Shown here: positions 29,610 through 40,680 of the stretch, one piece after another
Layout of the letters: every line of letters starts with the position of its first letter
Numbering within the stretch: the stretch's first letter is position 1
Assembly (NCBI RefSeq): GCF_009914755.1
Contig: NC_060931.1
Direction: 5' to 3' (one strand)
Length of the DNA stretch: 64,000 bases
Source of the DNA: the human T2T-CHM13v2.0 reference genome, Homo sapiens
Notes under the pieces: model-generated
Databases searched by the model: none
What the model saw: only the letters and a program-made list of their open reading frames with translations
Told to the model about the DNA's origin: nothing
Translations under genes and position numbers: made by a program

Positions 29610-29627
<18 letters not shown>
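29343..29627 (+). mobile_element. L1HS-Ta, 5'-truncated (~240 bp) with A15-GACAGCAATGC-A21 tail
   Basis: Ta diagnostics ACA (29487-89, GATGACACATTAGTGGG) and G (29572, CTTAGAGTATAAT); TSD AAAAATATATTTGATC at 29327-29342; TTTT/AA endonuclease site. Confidence 0.93.
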
Positions 29628-29643
<16 letters not shown>

Positions 29644-29680
29644 TATTTGATCATAATAATTGTTTTAAAGTGATACAGCT

Positions 29681-29791
29681 TAGGGTGACCAATGAATATG
29701 GTTTGCCTGGCACTGTCCAGTTTTAGCATTGAAAGTTCTGCATTCCAGGAAGCCGTTTAGTTCTGAGCAAACCAAGATGGTTTTCACTCTA
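29681..29791. mobile_element. MER81-like hAT-Blackjack MITE
   Basis: Terminal inverted repeats tagggtgaccaa...tttcactcta; internal ttttagcattgaaagt. Confidence 0.7.
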
Positions 29792-29969
29792 GCTGATGCT
29801 TCACAGTTTACATAGCTTTGTGTATATATATATATATTCTCACTGGATCTCTGTGAGATAGGAATGACAGTATTGTCATCACCATTTCATTAGAGAGGCC
29901 ACATGCTCAGTTACCCTGGCTACCTGAATTAGCTTCAGGTCCCATTCTTTATGACATTGTCTCCTTTCC

Positions 29970-30225
29970 TCCAGATTTCAGTTGAAACCTCCCCTCCCCA
30001 GTGAGCGTTTCTCTGAATGTGCAGTCAAAATGAGTTGTCTTTTTCCCTCTTCATCCCTACTGCCCATCCCATCTCATTTCATTGCATGTTACTCCCCCTT
30101 ATAACACTTCCCACAGTTGGTTTCCTAGTGTTTTGCCCAAGTTCCACACTGGACTGTAATTCTCACCAAGGCAGCATCATGACTCTTCCCGACTCTGGTG
30201 CCGGGCACATTATAGGGACTCAAAT
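29970..30225 (+). mobile_element. L2 3' fragment containing the donor of duplication C (30059-30133)
   Basis: cactggactgtaattctc..aaggcagc...tgccgggcacat..agggactcaa. Confidence 0.55.
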
Positions 30226-30231
30226 CTAAAT

Positions 30232-30340
30232 GAAGCCTTGCTATGTTGCCCAGGCTGGTTTTGAACTCCTGGCTCAAAGCAATTCTTCTGCCTCAGCCTG
30301 TCAAAATGCTGGGATTACAGGCATGAGGCACCCAGGATGC
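30232..30340 (-). mobile_element. FLAM/Alu left monomer
   Basis: ttgctatgttgcccaggctggttttgaactcctggctcaa...gggattacaggcatgag. Confidence 0.8.
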
Positions 30341-31589
30341 ACATTTTTTAACTGCAAAAACCGAAACCATTATCTATACCCATTTGGCCAAATTTCTCAA
30401 AGCCACTTGGTTTTTTCTACATGTAGCTACAAAATTCTTAAGATATTTTTAGTTGACAGTCATCTTTTGATGTATCGAACCAATATGAATTAAGCCAATG
30501 AGGAATTTTTAAACTTATTAAATAAAGAAGTGAATTGTTGAAAGATACCTGTAGAAGCTCCTTTGAACTAATGATGTATTACCTGGCATAGTATTTTGAA
30601 AAATGATAATTTTTAACCATTGTTAACATTATTAATCAACTACAGTATAACCTGTTTCAATTTACTAGTCTCTGTTTCATTTTTCCCTCAAATAACTGAT
30701 TTTAACAGACTCTGTTGTACTACTAAATGTTTCAAGATATATATTATGGCCAATCTGTGTTTTAGTTTGCCATCTCAAAATAAAATGACACATGATTAAT
30801 GTTTTCAGAAAGAAAACACATTTTAGCAATTTTTGATACATTGCTGTGAAATTGGTAATTGGGCTGAAGTTACACGAGTGTTGGTTGGTTTCCTGCAGGA
30901 AGTCTTCACTTTCTATATCAACAGTTGATCTGGTGTCTAAAGTGTTCACAGTTTGGTTAAAATTATACTCGATACCAAAGATAGTACTTCCACCAAGGAG
31001 GGTAGAGTCAAATAACACTTATGGTGTTCTCAAAAATGACAATAGAGGATATGCCAAATCAAGCTTACTATTATTGAAATGTTTGCTTGAAAAAGTTATT
31101 TTTCTGAGCATTGTTAAAGGAAGGGAAAGGGAGAGATTTATGAAATCTTGCCTGGAAGGTGACACAGGGGTTTGAAAGCCAGTAAATAATTATAAAAATT
31201 ATAATTATTATTCAGTCATCAAACTTAAAGGAAAAGACAACCAGAAAGTCAAGTCTGCTTTTAGGATTATTAGGTCAATTATCAGTATTTTTGAAGGAAA
31301 GAATTTTTTAAGCTATCCATATGCTGGCAATTTTTTCATATTTTACTGCCAACTTTATTTAAACTACTTTCTCAATTTGTAAGGATAACAATACAATTTC
31401 TCTTGTTCTTTGAAAAACTCTATATGCCACATTCTTAAAGTATTATTGTTCTACCTGTTATGTAAGTTATGGTTTGATTTTATATTACGTGCACTTCTTG
31501 GAATGAAATATTTCCCTTATGTTGAAATTTGGGATAATGCTGAGTATGATGGACTTGATGGACATGTTCACATTTCATTGTAGAGAGTG

Positions 31590-31860
31590 AGGTAATAGTG
31601 ACTAACATTTATTGATTACTTACTGCATTCTGCATTCTGTATTGAGGATCTTTGCCAACATTATCTCATTCAATCCTCACATCTTACAAATAGATTCACT
31701 TATTCCCATTTTGACTGCCCATCCCATTTCTTTTCATTGCGTGCTGCTCCTCCTTATAACACTTCCCACAGTTGCTTTTCTTGTGTTTGAGAATAAAAAG
31801 TGACTGAGGTACAGAAACATAAGGTAGCTTTTCTAAGGTCACACAAATGGGGAGCTGTTA
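31590..31860 (-). mobile_element. MIR interrupted by the duplication C copy (31714-31788)
   Basis: attatctcattcaatcctcac...tattcccatttt [insert] ...actgaggtacaga...aaggtcacaca. Confidence 0.75.
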
Positions 31861-34696
31861 ACTACTATATTTATGTTGTGTCCTGCAGTTCAACACAGTT
31901 CACTATAAAAGTAGTTGTAGGGTTATGCACATAGAAGTTTACCCAGTGTAAAGCTAAGGAGTGTGGCCAAGAGCAAGACAGGTACTGTGGTCTAGTGAAT
32001 TCTGGGAGGTCTTCTGAAGGAAGGATAGAGGATGAAACCACTCTATGACCCAACCCTGCGATGGTCATTCAACAGTATTTATTGAGTGTCTACTGTTTAC
32101 CAGGTATTCTCTCATATACTGCACATACAACAGAGTGGACAGGGACCCTGCCTCATGGAGTTTACCACTTAGTAGGAGATTCAGACCAAAAACTAAACTA
32201 AAATAAAAATAGGCAAACAAATAAAATTACATCAGACCATGGTAAGTACAGCAAATGAAATAATCTGTGGATTGAAACAGCAGTGTAGAGAATGGGGGTG
32301 AATGGGGTCACATACTTTAAGATGGAGTGGACAGAGCAGGCCTCTCTGAGTGGTTTTAAGCTGAGACTTTTAAGAGTTAGGAGGATATGCTCAGTGGGAA
32401 GCAAGGAGTTTTAGATAGAACTGTGGAGCAAAGGCAAATTAAAATATGATGCCTTTTCACATTCAGATTGGCAAAGATTAAAAAGTCTGAAAACACCCAT
32501 TTTTGATGATGTTGTAGGGAAAAGGAAAACCTTCATGCCCAGTATAAGTCTGTACAACTACTCTAGAGACCAATTTGGCAATAGCTAGTAATTGTGAAGA
32601 TACAATTTTGTATATAAATCCTAGAGCAATTATTCTTAAAAGAAGTTTTAAAAACTATCTATCCCCATGACATTTTTAAGCTATCATAAAACTTTTCCTT
32701 TATAACTTTAATAGTTACAAAGATAAGAATTTTTTACAAATTACAAATATTGATATTTAAATATGAAACTCTTACATCATTCTTTCAAAGATATTTAATA
32801 ATATATCCAATGGAATTGAGATCCCACAGCAATTTGATACATTACATCATCCATTTAAAAAATACATGAACAAGCTAAGCTCTTTCTCAATTCAGAAATT
32901 TTGCATCGTTCCTTTTTCTCCTTGAACTCAGATTTCCATCTACTTCCCCCCAAAGAATTGTATCTTTTATCTTGAACGTCTTTTATTGATCACAATATCA
33001 TATTTCTTGGCAACAAAGAAAACTGATATAAGTTAATTTAAAATATATGTATATTTACCATGACCATAAGGCCAAGTGTTATAAAATTTCTTCTGACTTA
33101 TTATTTTAATTATTTCTGGTATATAATCAGTCAAAACAATATAAGTAATTCCATGTTTTGACAATTATTAAACATGAAGGTAATTTTTTAAGAAACATAT
33201 ATCTTAATGTGATGGAAGAGCTTGATATTTTTCAATTAATTCATATATCTGAGGACAATTATTACTAGAATAATGCTAACGATAAAATGAAGTGAAGGAT
33301 TTGGGGGTCTTACAAAGGTGTATTAGTGATTTTTAAGCACCTTATAAGTAGAATATACATTTCTTTTAAGTTCATCTAAATATTATAGATGGGTTGCAAT
33401 AAATTTTAAAATGAATGTGGATTTATGATATCCAAAAATATTTGGGGAAAAAATGAAATACTTCTTTTATGAGTCTAATTAAGTGTTCAAAGATATATAA
33501 AACCTAACTTATGACCAGTATATATATTTTTACTTGAACATGTAGCTTTGATATGTTGGAAGTAAAAGTGAAATTTTCACAACTAATCTATTCTGTCTCT
33601 TATAGATTTACCTATTCTGAATGGTTCATACAAATGGAATAATATAATATGTGGTCTTTTGTGACTGGCTTCTTTCAGTTAGTGTAACGTTTTCAAGGGT
33701 CATCCTTGTTGAAGCAGTACTCCATTCCTTCTCATTCCTTTTATTGTTGTATAATATTCCATTGCGTGGCTATACCACATTTTGTTTATCTATTCATCAG
33801 TCTATGAATATTTGAGTTGTTTTCACCTTTTGACTATTGTAAATAATACTATTCTGAACATTTATGTACAAGTATTTGTTTGAATGCCTGTTTTCAATTT
33901 TTTTGATACATACCTAGGAGTAGAATTACTGGGTCTTATGTAACTCTGTTTAACCTTTTGAGAAGCTGCCAGAACATTTTCTGAAGTAGCTGCACCATTT
34001 GCACTCCCACCAGAAGTGTGGGAGTGTTCCAGTTTCTCCACATCCTGACCAGAAGTTGTTATTATCTGACTTCTTGATTATAACCATCCTGCTGGGTGAG
34101 AACTGGTATTTCATTGTGGTTTTGATTTGCATTTCCTTGGTGACTAGTAATATGCTTATTGGGCTTTTGTATATCTGCTTTGGAGAAATGTCTACTCATA
34201 TCCTTCGCTTATTCTTTTTAATTCATTGTCTTTTGAGTTGTTGAGGTTTCTAAAAAATATATTCTAGATGCAAGTCCTTTATCAAATATATACTTTTTAA
34301 ATATTTCCTCTCATTCTGTGGGTTGCCATTTTACTTTTTGATAATGTCCTTTGAAGCATAGAAGTTTATATTTTTGATGAGGTCTTATCTATTTTTTCTT
34401 TTGTTGCTCATGCTTGTGGTGTCATATGTATGAATCCATTTCAAAATGTGAGGCCCTGAAGATTTACCCTTATGTTTTCTTCTAAGAGTTTTGTATGTTA
34501 GCTTTTATAGGCTTTTGATCAACTTTGAGTTAATTTTTGTATATGGTTTGAGATAAGGGTCCAGTTTCATTATTTTGCTGTGACTATCCAGTTGTCCCAG
34601 CAATATTTGTTAAAAAGACTATTCTTTCCACATTGAATGGTCTTGGCACCCTTATCAAAAATCAGCTGACCGCAGATACGTGGCTTTATTTCTGGA

Positions 34697-35650
34697 TGTT
34701 TGGAAAAACTCAAACTGTTTTTCCTCTACTCTCACGTCAACATAACAGCAGCCAACACAGAAGATTTCTGTGACCTCAAAATATGTGGGGATATCACTCT
34801 ACCAGCAAGCAGGCAATTAGTTCTGTAGAAGACACCTGCTGGGTGTCCTCCAGTTCAATTTTACTTCATCTTTTTCGAGATAGTGTCAGATCCCACAGAT
34901 TGTGGGCTCAATCCCCAAGATTGCCCCACACCTCAGACAACAGTCACAAGTCCAGGCCCCTGGATCTTCTGACAGACCAGCTTTAAGTTGGGGTTCCCAC
35001 AACCCTCTCTTTGGGTTTGACTACTTTACTAGAGTGGCTCACAGAACTCAGGGAAACATGTTTACTGATTATTACAAAGGATATTTTAAAGGATACAAAT
35101 AAGCAGCCAGATGAAGAGATACACGGGGTAAGGTCTGGAAGGATCATGAGCACAGGAACTCTGTTCCTGTGGAGCTGGCACGTGCTAACCTTCCAACACG
35201 TAAATGAGTTCCTTCCTGTCAGCCTCCACATATTCAGCTCTGTAGAAGCCCCCCGAACCCTGTCCTCCTAGGCTTTTATGCAGACATCCTTGGATAGACA
35301 ATTGACAACTATGTAGAAATGTGACTGGACAAAATGGATATGATCTAATATTAATAAACTGAGTGGGGAAACCCAGCAAGACCTGTTTGTTCACATTCTT
35401 CTCGCCTCTCTGTGCAGCATTTCTTTCTTCAGGATATGAGGCAGGACCCTCTCTGGAATGAGGGTCGTATAGCCCAACATTCAGAGTAGAGTCCTGCCTT
35501 GGGCCATGAAAAGAGGGCAGGAGAAGGTCAGAAAGAGAGAGTTTTTTTCTGAGGCCTAAAGCACCCCGACATTATATAACAAATGCTGTGGGAGTTATGA
35601 GCCAGAAACTGTGGACGAAAACCAGTATATATGTATATCATAATATCACA
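34697..35650 (-). mobile_element. MER21 (A/B-like) solo LTR
   Basis: TG...CA termini, near-TSD CTGGA/CAGGA, MER21 motifs (gtcagatcccacag; gagtggctcacagaactcagggaaaca). Confidence 0.8.
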
Positions 35651-36495
35651 CAGGACATTTAATCGATTTCATTGATCTATATCTCTCTGCTTATGTCAAT
35701 ACCACAGTCTCATGACTACTATTGCTTAAAATTTTGAAATCAGAGAGTGAGTCCTCCAACTTTGTTCGTTTTCAAGATTGTTTTGGCAATTCTGGATTCC
35801 TGGCAATTCCATATGGATTTTAGGATCCACTTTTTTACAATGAAATCAGTTGGGATTCTGATAAGGATTGCATTGATTTTGTAGCGCAATTTGAAGAGTA
35901 TTGCCATCTTAACAATACTGTCTTCTGATACATGAGCGTGGGATTTTTTTTTTCCATTTATTTAGGTCTTAATTTTTTTCTATTATCCTTTGTAGTTTTC
36001 AGGGTATGAGTTTTGTACTTCTTTCATTAAGTTTATTCCTAATCATGTTATTATTTTTGATAGTATTGTAAATGAAATTATCTTAATTTCATATTTGGAT
36101 TGTTCATTCCAAGTATATAGAAATACAACTGATTTTTGTATATTGATCTTGTACTCTGCAACCTGCTGAACTTATTTGTTCCAATAGTATTTTAATGAAT
36201 TCCTTAGGATTTTCTACATAGAAAATCGTATCATCTGTACATAGAGATAGTTTTCCTTCTTCCTTCCTAATTTAGATAACTATTATTATTGTCATCGAGA
36301 TCTTGCTTAATTGCCCTGACTAGAACCTCTGGTACAATGTTGAATAGAAGTAGCAAGAATGGATACCTTGTCTTGTTCCTGGTCTTAGGGGAAAAGCATC
36401 TAGTCTTTCACCATTAATAATGTTGTCAGCTTTGGTTTTCTATAGACACACTTTATCAGGTTGCTGAAGAGCCCTTCTATTCTTTCTTTGTTGGG

Positions 36496-39079
36496 TGTAT
36501 TAGTCCGTTCTCACGTTGCCATAAGGAAATACCTGAGATTGGACAATTTATAAAGAAAAGAGGTTTAGCCAGGTGCCATGGCTCACACCTGTAATCCCAG
36601 CACTTTGGGAGGCCAAGGCAAGCAGATCCCCTGAGGTTGGAAGTTTGAGATCAGCCTGACCAACATGGAGAAACCCTGTCTCTACTAAAAATACAGAATT
36701 AGCTGGGTGTGGTGGTGCATGCCTGTAATCCCAGCTACTCAGGAGGCTGAGTCAGGAGAATTGCTTTAACCTGGGAGGCAGAGGTTGTGGTGAGCCAAGA
36801 TGGCACCATTGCACTCCAGCCTGGGCAACAAGAGCAAAGCTCCATCTCAAAAAAAAAAAAAAAAAAAAAAAAAGATAAGAGATTTAATTGACTCACAGTT
36901 CCACGTAGCTGAGGAGGCCTCAGAAAACTTACAATCATGGCAGAAGATACCTCTTTATGAGGCAGCAGAAGAGAGAATGAGTACCAGCAAGGGAAATGCC
37001 GGACGCATATAAAACCATCAGATCTTGTGAGAACTCACTATCACGTTAACAACATGGGGGAAACCACCCCCATGATTCAATTACCTCCCACTGTGTCCTT
37101 CCCACAACACTTGGATGTTATGGGGGTTACAATTCAAGATGAGATTTGGGTGGGGACACAGAGCCAAACCATACCATCCCACCCCTGGCCGCTCCCAGAT
37201 CTCATGTCCTCACATTTCAAAACACAATCATATCCTCCCAACAGTCCCCAAAAGTCTTAACCCAGCATTATTCCAGCATTAACCCAAAAATCCAAGTCCA
37301 AAGTCTAATCTAAAGCAAGGCAAATCCCTTCTGCCTATGAGCCTGTAAAATCAAAGCAGGTTAGTTGCTTCCTAGATACAATGGGGGTACAGGCATTGGG
37401 TAGATATACCTGTCCCACATGGGAGAAATGGGCCAAAACAAAGGGGCTACAGGCCCCATGCAAGTTTGAAATCCAGTAAGGCAGTCATTAAACCTTAGAG
37501 TTCCAAAATACTCTGCTTTGACTCCATGTCTCATATCCAGGTTATGCTGATGCAAAAGGTGGGCTCCTGAGGCCTTGGGCAGTTCTGCCTCTGTGGCTCT
37601 GCAGGGTGCAGCCCCTCCCAGCTGCTTTCAAGGCTGGCATTGAGTGTCTGCAGCTTTTCCAGGTGCATGGTGCAAGCTGTCATTGAATCTACCATTTTGG
37701 GGTCTGGAGGATCGTGGTTCTCTTCTCACAACTCCACTAGACAGTGCCCCAGTGTGGACTCTGCATGAGGGCTCCAACCCCACATTTCCCTTCTGCACTG
37801 CCCTAGCAGAGGTTCTCCATGAGGGCTCCACCCCTGCAGCAAACTTCTGTCTGGACATCCAGGAGTTTCCATACATCCTTTGAAATCTAGGCAAAGGTTC
37901 CCAGACATTAATTCTTGTCTTCTGCATGCCCCAAGACCAACACCACCTGGAAGCTGCCAAGGCTTGGGGCTTGCACCCTCTGAAGGAACGGCCTGAGTTG
38001 TACCTTGGCCCCTTTTAGCCATAGTCGGAGTGGCTAGGATACAGGGCACCAAATCCCAAGGCTGCACACAGCAGGGGGGGCCCTAGACCCAGCCCAGGAA
38101 ACCGTCTTTTCCTCCTAGGCCTCCAGGCCTGTGGTGGGAGGAGCTGGTGCGAAGCTCTCTGACATGCCCTGAAGACATTTTCCTTATTGTTGGGTATTTG
38201 CATTTGGCTTCTCATTACTTATGCAAGTTTCTGCAGAGGGTTTGAATTTTTCTCCAGAAAATGGGTTTTTCTTTTCTACTGTATCATCTGGATGCATATT
38301 TTTCAAACTTTATGCTCTGCCACCTCTTGAATGCTTTGCTGCTTAGAAATATCTTCCGCCAGATACCCTACATCGTCTCTCAAGTTCGAAGTTCCACAGA
38401 TCTCTAGGGCAAGGACAAAATGCTGCCAGTCTCTTTGCTAAAGCATAGCAGGAATGACCTTTACTCCAGTTCCCATCAAGTTTCTTATCTCCACCTGAGA
38501 CCACTCACCCTGGACTTCATTGTCCATATCACCATCAGCATTTTGGTCAAAGCCATTCAACAAGTCTCTAGGAAGTTCCAGACTTTACTACGTCTTCTAG
38601 TCTTCTTCTGAGTCCTCCAAACTGTTCCAACCTCTGCCCATTACCCAATTCCAAAGTTGCTTCCACATTATCAGGTATCTTAAGCTATGCCCCACTACTT
38701 CAATACCAATTTATTGTATTAGTTTGTTCTCACATTGTTATAAGGAAATACCCGAGACTGCGTAATTAATAAAGAAAAGAGGTTTAATTGACTCACAGAT
38801 CTGCATGGCTGGGAGGGCCTCAGGAAACTTACAGTCATGGTAGAAGGCACCTCCTCACAAGGCAGCAAGAGAGAGAATGAGTGCCAGCAGGGGAAATGCC
38901 AGATGCTTATAAAACCCTCAGATCTTGTGAGAACTTACTCACTATCACAAGAACAGCATGGGGAAAACCACCCCAATGATTCAATTACCTCCCACCATGT
39001 CCCTCCCGCAACATATGGGGATTGTGGAGATTACAATTCAAGATGAGATTTTGGATGGCGACACCGCCAAACCGTATCA
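36496..39079 (-). mobile_element. Full-length MSTA MaLR provirus (LTR 36496-37176, internal 37177-38714, LTR 38715-39079)
   Basis: Two similar LTRs around a ~1.5 kb MST internal region; perfect TSD TTGGG at 36491-95 and 39080-84. Confidence 0.92.
36568..36870 (+). mobile_element. AluSp inserted in the MSTA LTR
   Basis: Sp-type cagcctgaccaacatggagaaaccc; TSD AAAGAAAAGAGGTTTA / AAAGATAAGAGATTTA. Confidence 0.9.
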
Positions 39080-40479
39080 TTGGGTGTGTTTTTTTTCTTT
39101 TTATGAAAGGGTATTGGATATTTTTCATATGTTTTTTTCTGAGCCTATTGAGTTGACCGTATGAGATGGTCATGTGGTTTTAATTTTTTATTCTATTGAT
39201 GTGATATATTACATTAATTGAGCTTCCCTAAACTCAAGTAAGCCATACTAGGGGACAATACAAAGCTCATGCTACAGAAAAGCATATACTTTACATATAT
39301 TGACCATACAGGTCTCTTTTCAAAAACAAATTAACTTTTGGGTATAAAAGGAAAACTGAAGGAATAGCATCAGTTGGGCACATTTTTGTGCAAGTCAGAA
39401 TAGTTTTTATGTTTCCTTCTCACTGATCGTCTACTCAGAATTTAAAAAATTTTTCAACTTGTGATTTGCTTTACTTTTTATAGTTGATGATCCCAGGTAT
39501 TTTCAATAATTTTTCAAGCAACCACCATAAAATTGTATTTTGGACTATATCACATTATTCAGTTTTTGTTTAGGTTTTAGTTCAAAGCAATTAAATAAAT
39601 AGGAAGTAAAATATACACACGGGTCTTTTAAAAAATCAACTGTACTCTTTGAGCATGAAAGCACCACTCTTTTTTGCACTATTTTGGGCATAAATGCTGA
39701 TGATGTACTTCCCCTTTTCTTCCACAGTTAAGGGTCCACCCGGGAGTTTACAACTATATTCAGTCCCGGAAATGTTCTCATTCTCTTTTCTAGCCTCTGA
39801 TATAATCTCTTAGCATAATTGGTTCAGGAATCATGTTAAGTGGGCCCAGATCATGTGTTTCAGCCTGTTAAAGGCAAGGTATATTTTCATTTCCTGAGAA
39901 CAGATTGCAGCCTAGGTCCCAACCATCTGGCACTTTCTTGCCATTGCTTGCCAAGTGCTATGGGCTAGAGAATGTGGGCAGTTGAATGCAGTCAGTCCCT
40001 GTTACTGGACAACTGACCACAGAGGACTTGTCTCAGGAAGAGTCGTCCTCATGAACACAGGACACTCTGTTGTGACTTTGAGTTCTTAAATTTCACTGGA
40101 ATACATTTAGGTAAGGTAAACAGTTATTTTTAAAATGTATTATTCAGGGATCACAACAGTGCTTTTAGGGATTAAAATAGTCCAAACAGCCTGTAATTTC
40201 AGGGTGTCTAAGATCCACATAGAATTAGCATATCGAGCTGGATATAAAAATGACACATAATACAACAGCCAACAATGTTTTTCCCCCTCCAAAAAAATGG
40301 TGTCCTCCAGATTCCATCTGCTTTGTTTGTTTGTTTTGGGAGAAAACATAAGTATGATCATTAGAAAAGAATCTATAACCCTTTCTGAAAGAGAAGATAA
40401 TCTTTGGTCTCTAGAAACAATAGCTTTGCATTTTAAAAGGCATGAAGTGAAATGTCCTTATACTCTGTTGGATTTGGGA

Positions 40480-40680
40480 AGCAGCATGAAATAGTGGTTA
40501 AGCTTATGACTCCAGAGTTAGACGGTGTGACTTCTCTGTACTTCAGTATTCCCCATCTGTTAAGTGGAGATTAAAATAGTACCTACCTCATAAAGGAAAA
40601 ATTAAATTAGACTCAGGTAGAGAGCTTAAAACAGTGACTGGCAAGTAAGTGCTCATTCAGTGTGAACTGATAACGGTGGT
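40480..40680 (+). mobile_element. MIR
   Basis: agtggttaagc...ctccagagttagac...aatagtacctacctcata. Confidence 0.7.

Larger units (their letters stand above)
33585..39220 (-). mobile_element. L1MB-like element interrupted by MER21 and MSTA
   Basis: Antisense L1M 3' UTR and ORF2 (MQIKTTMKYQFSPSRM); collinear across the insertions at 34697-35650 and 36496-39079. Confidence 0.85.

Noticed and set aside
32620-33560. AT-rich stretch resembling a hAT/Charlie remnant, possibly continuing at 39225-39640
   Set aside because: I could not identify termini or family with enough confidence.
37361-38215. Cluster of overlapping ORFs
   Set aside because: GC-rich MSTA internal region; fragmented MaLR ORF remnants.
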